The notes below the pieces were generated by a model, which saw only the letters and a program-made list of their open reading frames with translations, had not been told where the DNA came from and ran no database searches. The position numbers and the translations under genes are program-made. From sequence record SRR22947727_1528: 37,791 bases of DNA; one strand, given 5' to 3'. This document shows, one piece after another, positions 34,249-37,791 of the stretch. Within the stretch, counting starts at the first letter, position 1; each line of letters starts with the position of its first letter.

Positions 34249-34506
34249 ATGGGATTAGCTGCATCACAAAAAAGTTTAAAGAAGTGGACAAAGCAAAAGT
34301 GGAGAACCAAAAGTGGTAATCCATCCACGCAAGGTTCAAAAGCAACAGGTGAGCGTTACTTACCAGAAAAAGCTATCAAAGCGTTATCCGCAAAAGAATA
34401 TGCTAAGACTTCGGCAGCTAAAAGAAAAGGACGCAAGGCTGGAAAACAACATGTTAAACAACCTAAAGCTGTAGCTAAAAAAGTTAGAAAGTATAGGAAG
34501 GCATAA
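34249..34506 (+). CDS. Small basic protein (QKSLKKWT…GERYLP family)
   Basis: 85 aa; AAGGA RBS. Confidence 0.75.
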   Translation: MGLAASQKSLKKWTKQKWRTKSGNPSTQGSKATGERYLPEKAIKALSAKEYAKTSAAKRKGRKAGKQHVKQPKAVAKKVRKYRKA

Positions 34507-34859
34507 TGACAGTAGGAAAGTATCCAGGCGTTAAACGCTTACCATCAGGAGGAATTGAGTATCGTGGTAAAAAATTTGCTGGTTTTAATAAGCCTAGAAA
34601 ATCTGACCGATCAGGTAAAAAGGGTATGGTCTTGGCTAAAGAAGGTGACAAAGTTAGACTTATACATTATGGCGATTCGTCTATGGGTCACAACTACTCC
34701 GATACTGCTCGCCGTTCATTTAAAAGTCGCCATGCAAAAAACATTGCAAAGGGTAAAATGTCTGCTGCATACTGGGCTGACAAAGCTTTGTGGACTAAAG
34801 GTGGTTCTAAAAAATCTCCTCCAAAAAGTCAGAAACATAAAAAATATGGTAAAGCGTAA
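34506..34859 (+). CDS. Small basic conserved viral protein
   Basis: KKGMVL…LIHYGD…RRSFKSRH…SAAYWA; TAATG coupling. Confidence 0.75.
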   Translation: MTVGKYPGVKRLPSGGIEYRGKKFAGFNKPRKSDRSGKKGMVLAKEGDKVRLIHYGDSSMGHNYSDTARRSFKSRHAKNIAKGKMSAAYWADKALWTKGGSKKSPPKSQKHKKYGKA

Positions 34860-34870
34860 GGGAGATTAAA

Positions 34871-35143
34871 ATGCAGTCACCAGATGATATGATGCTTGAA
34901 GGACCACAAGGAACACCAAAACCTAAAAAGTCTATGAATGATATGACTGCTTCGGAGTTTTCTAAATGGTCACAAAAGAAAGCATCTAAAGAAGGATTAA
35001 GTGAAAGCCAATGGGATTCTAAGTATGGAGCAACCTACCGTAAAAAACTAAAGGCTGAAGGTACAACATCTAAAAAGTATGGCGGTAAGATTGCAAAACG
35101 TAAAACAACCAAAAGTGTTTCTGGACATAACAGGCTCTATTAA
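34871..35143 (+). CDS. Small basic hypothetical protein
   Basis: 90 aa; GGGAG RBS; ends GHNRLY. Confidence 0.7.
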   Translation: MQSPDDMMLEGPQGTPKPKKSMNDMTASEFSKWSQKKASKEGLSESQWDSKYGATYRKKLKAEGTTSKKYGGKIAKRKTTKSVSGHNRLY

Positions 35144-35145
35144 AA

Positions 35146-35283
35146 ATGGCTATCGGGCGTGGAAAAATTGGTCAACAGATTATGAAGCCAGGATCGACAA
35201 GGAAATTGAAGAAGACTTCTGGACGAATGAGTGGCAGAAAGAATACAGCCCGATCAAAGCAGAGAAAGAATAGGTTATATTAA
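35146..35283 (+). CDS. Small basic protein, 45 aa, not in the ORF track (MAIGRGKIGQQIMKPG…KNRLY)
   Basis: Hand-translated; fills the gap, and its stop abuts the ATG at 35284. Confidence 0.7.
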   Translation: MAIGRGKIGQQIMKPGSTRKLKKTSGRMSGRKNTARSKQRKNRLY

Positions 35284-35955
35284 ATGGCTACTTCAGGTAC
35301 TTTTAATTTTACTATGGACATTGACGAAGTAATCCAAGAAGCTTTGGAAATGATTGGCGGTGAGCAAACACTAGGTCATGAACCTAAGTCTGCTAGGCGT
35401 TCTATTAACTTGCTTCTTCAGGATTGGCAGAACCGTGGTGTCATGCTTTGGACTGCTAATACTTCTGTGGTTACTCTTGCAACAAGCGTAACTACCTTCA
35501 GCCTTGCATCAGCTACTATTGATGTGCTTGAAGCTGTAGTTAATCGTAGTGGTACAGATACTCAACTAGAACGTATTTCAATGCAAGAGTATTTAAAGAT
35601 CCCTAATAAAAGCCAAAAAGGTAGACCTACACAGTATGCTGTACGACACACTCGTGCTAATCCGGTTGTTAATCTTTGGCCTATTCCAGAAAATTCTACA
35701 GACGAAGTTAAGCTTGAACTTGTACGTTATATGGAAGATGTAGATAAATCAGCTACACAAAATGCTGACATATCTCGTAGGTTCTTACCTTGTCTAACTG
35801 CAGGTCTTGCATACTTCATGGGAATGAAACGGCCTGGAGTTGATGGTGGTCGTATCCAAATGGTTAAACAAGAATATGAAGAAAGACTTGCACGTGCTAT
35901 GGAAGAAGATAGGGAACGTGTAAGTATTTTTATTAAACCAAGGGTTATGGTATAA
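35284..35955 (+). CDS. Putative tail adaptor / tubular protein A-like
   Basis: MATSGTFNF, ARRSINLL…WQNRG, GRPTQY, LWPIP and FLPCLTAGLAY segments. Confidence 0.7.
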   Translation: MATSGTFNFTMDIDEVIQEALEMIGGEQTLGHEPKSARRSINLLLQDWQNRGVMLWTANTSVVTLATSVTTFSLASATIDVLEAVVNRSGTDTQLERISMQEYLKIPNKSQKGRPTQYAVRHTRANPVVNLWPIPENSTDEVKLELVRYMEDVDKSATQNADISRRFLPCLTAGLAYFMGMKRPGVDGGRIQMVKQEYEERLARAMEEDRERVSIFIKPRVMV

Positions 35956-36233
35956 TGCCTTCTAGAAAGAATGTTTATGGTTTATGTGATGTATGTGGAT
36001 TTAGATATAAATTAAATCAGCTAAAGAAAAACAGCTATGGGTTGATGGTTTGTAATAATGATTTTGATGCTGGGTATGATTTAAAAAACCATCCTCAGAA
36101 TAAATCAGCACGAATAGATGAAAGATATATGATCAAGGATATTCGTCCTGACCCTAATATAGACCGTAATGGTACTTGGGTTGCACAAACCACAGCATTT
36201 AATTCAACACTTCAATTTTGGAACTTGATATAA
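35955..36233 (+). CDS. Zn-ribbon-like small protein
   Basis: CDVCGFRY…VCNND…HPQ…RPD. Confidence 0.7.
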   Translation: MPSRKNVYGLCDVCGFRYKLNQLKKNSYGLMVCNNDFDAGYDLKNHPQNKSARIDERYMIKDIRPDPNIDRNGTWVAQTTAFNSTLQFWNLI

Positions 36234-37791
36234 TGGCAGATTTAACAGGTAAATTAATAGCAAACAGTTATAGAAATCTTTTACAAGCACCAGGGCCTAA
36301 TGATGACGGTCTTGCAAGTGGACAATCTATTACTATTCAAGATGGTTCTGGTAATGGTTCAGGGCTTGCTTTATCTCAGGCAGGTGTTGCACTAACTGGT
36401 ACTATTAACATTCAAGGTAGCCAGTTTACAGGTACAGGCTCACAACTAAATACTGCCGTTGCAAATGCAGGTACTTTTGTTGTGGGTATGGTTGCTCAGA
36501 ATGGCGTACAATCATTTGGTCGTACTCTTACAGCTTCAACTGGTGTAAGTATTTCTAACGCAACAGGAACAACTGGTAATCCTACATTTTCATTAGCTGA
36601 TAGCGGTGTAACATCTGCAACATATGGACCAACTACTATGTTGAATATTGATTCAACTGGTCGTGTTATTTCAACTGAAACTACTGCAGTTATATCTGCA
36701 ACAACTTTTGAAGGTTCTAATGTTAATGCACAATATGGTAACTTTACTACTGATGTATCTATAGGTGGTCAACTAACAGTTACTGGTTCTTTCCAACCAA
36801 CAAATATTTCTACAAGTATTGTAAGCGCAACTAACATTGCAGCTAGTGTAGCCACTCTTAGTAGCCTTACTGTAAGTGGCAATGTAACAGCCACTGCTTA
36901 TTATGGTGATGGTTCTAATCTTACAGGTATTGTTGCGGCATCTGCAACTAATGCAAGCTATGCAGCATCTGCAGGTGAAGCAGCCGTAGCTGTCAGCGCA
37001 CATCATGCATCTAGCGCAACTTTTGCTACAAGCGCAGACACTGCTAACTTTGCTACCACAGCAACAAATGCAAGCTTTGCTATTTCAGCTACTAATGCTA
37101 CTAATGCAGTATCTGCAGTATTTGCTTCATCAGCTACCAACGCAACAACTGCGATTACTGTAAACTATGGTGGTGTAGTACAGACAAGTACAGCTAATAT
37201 TGGTGACGTATCTGCTTCAAGTCTTTTTGTAAGTGGTAATGTATCTGCAGACGGAACACTTACTGTTGGCGGTCAGGTGTCTATTGGTGGTGGTATTAAA
37301 GTTGTAGGAGATGTGTCTGCAGGTAATGTTCATGCAGGTGGTACTATTTATGGAGATGGTTCAGGTTTATTTAATCTTCCTTCGGGACAAGGTGGTACTG
37401 TAAAATCTGTAAAAGCAGGAACAGGTATTCATACAACTCTTAATGGTACAACTACAACTAATCCTATTACTACGAGTGGTACAATGGCTCTTAATGCTAA
37501 CCAATCTTTTGGTACAGTAAGTGCTACATCTTTTGTGCTTGCTGGTTTAGGTGCGCTTATTACTGAAACAAGTGCAACAGCCTTAGTAGCTGCCTTGTCA
37601 ACAACAATGGCAACCAGTATTAATAACAGTAATACTAATATTACAACTAATACTAATGCCATTACATCTATTAATTCTATAATAGGCGATGGTACTGGCT
37701 TTGCTACTGATGCTGAACTAGCTGCTTTATCTGCAACAATGGCAACAAGTATTAATAATAGTAATACAAACATTACTACAAACATAAATGC
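36233..37791 (+). CDS. Tail fibre-like protein, truncated by the window end (not in the ORF track)
   Basis: TAATG coupling; reads MADLTGKLIANSYRNLLQ…; GDGSNLTGI motif, A-x-x repeats, Ser/Thr/Ala/Asn-rich; same frame holds at the repeats near the window end. Confidence 0.85.
   Translation, partial: MADLTGKLIANSYRNLLQAPGPNDDGLASGQSITIQDGSGNGSGLALSQAGVALTGTINIQGSQFTGTGSQLNTAVANAGTFVVGMVAQNGVQSFGRTLTASTGVSISNATGTTGNPTFSLADSGVTSATYGPTTMLNIDSTGRVISTETTAVISATTFEGSNVNAQYGNFTTDVSIGGQLTVTGSFQPTNISTSIVSATNIAASVATLSSLTVSGNVTATAYYGDGSNLTGIVAASATNASYAASAGEAAVAVSAHHASSATFATSADTANFATTATNASFAISATNATNAVSAVFASSATNATTAITVNYGGVVQTSTANIGDVSASSLFVSGNVSADGTLTVGGQVSIGGGIKVVGDVSAGNVHAGGTIYGDGSGLFNLPSGQGGTVKSVKAGTGIHTTLNGTTTTNPITTSGTMALNANQSFGTVSATSFVLAGLGALITETSATALVAALSTTMATSINNSNTNITTNTNAITSINSIIGDGTGFATDAELAALSATMATSINNSNTNITTNIN
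37589..37791 (+). repeat. 44-aa (132-nt) period repeat inside the tail fibre gene
   Basis: AALSTTMATSINNSNTNITTNTNA at 37589 and AALSATMATSINNSNTNITTNIN at 37721. Confidence 0.85.

Noticed and set aside
35079-35273. 64-aa ORF in the track
   Set aside because: It overlaps the upstream gene by 65 nt; the alternative frame 35146-35283 fits the gap exactly.
36773-37785. Minus-strand ORFs at 36773-37006 and 37429-37785
   Set aside because: Antisense shadows of the repetitive tail fibre gene.
1-37791. tRNA genes, integrase, introns or inteins
   Set aside because: No cloverleaf or recombinase motifs noticed by eye; Pol, helicase, RNR and TerL are uninterrupted and of compact length.

Overview
The window is most of a lytic, podovirus-like dsDNA phage genome with two oppositely transcribed arms. 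The host is probably a marine alphaproteobacterium, based on alphaproteobacterial-type LexA boxes and a B12-dependent RNR. The minus-strand arm (21603 to 1321) carries small early genes (including an HhH-GPD glycosylase-like protein, a C5 DNA methylase and an unannotated ArfA-like peptide). It continues with MazG, T7-type primase-helicase, family A DNA polymerase, SSB, nucleases, class II RNR, a two-gene glycosyl/methyltransferase cassette and the small terminase. The plus-strand arm (22454 to the end, and 1-1386) carries TerL, portal, GroES, scaffold, capsid, adaptors, many small basic proteins, a tail fibre running off the window, lysozyme and holin. No phage RNA polymerase is seen, and near-consensus sigma70 promoters occur on both arms. 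The 850-bp gap between the arms (likely the joined genome termini) is packed with operator-like motifs: LexA boxes, an IHF site, a 19-bp periodic repeat and several duplicated palindromes. This array is the most striking unexplained element. All calls are from motif recognition only; no searches were run.
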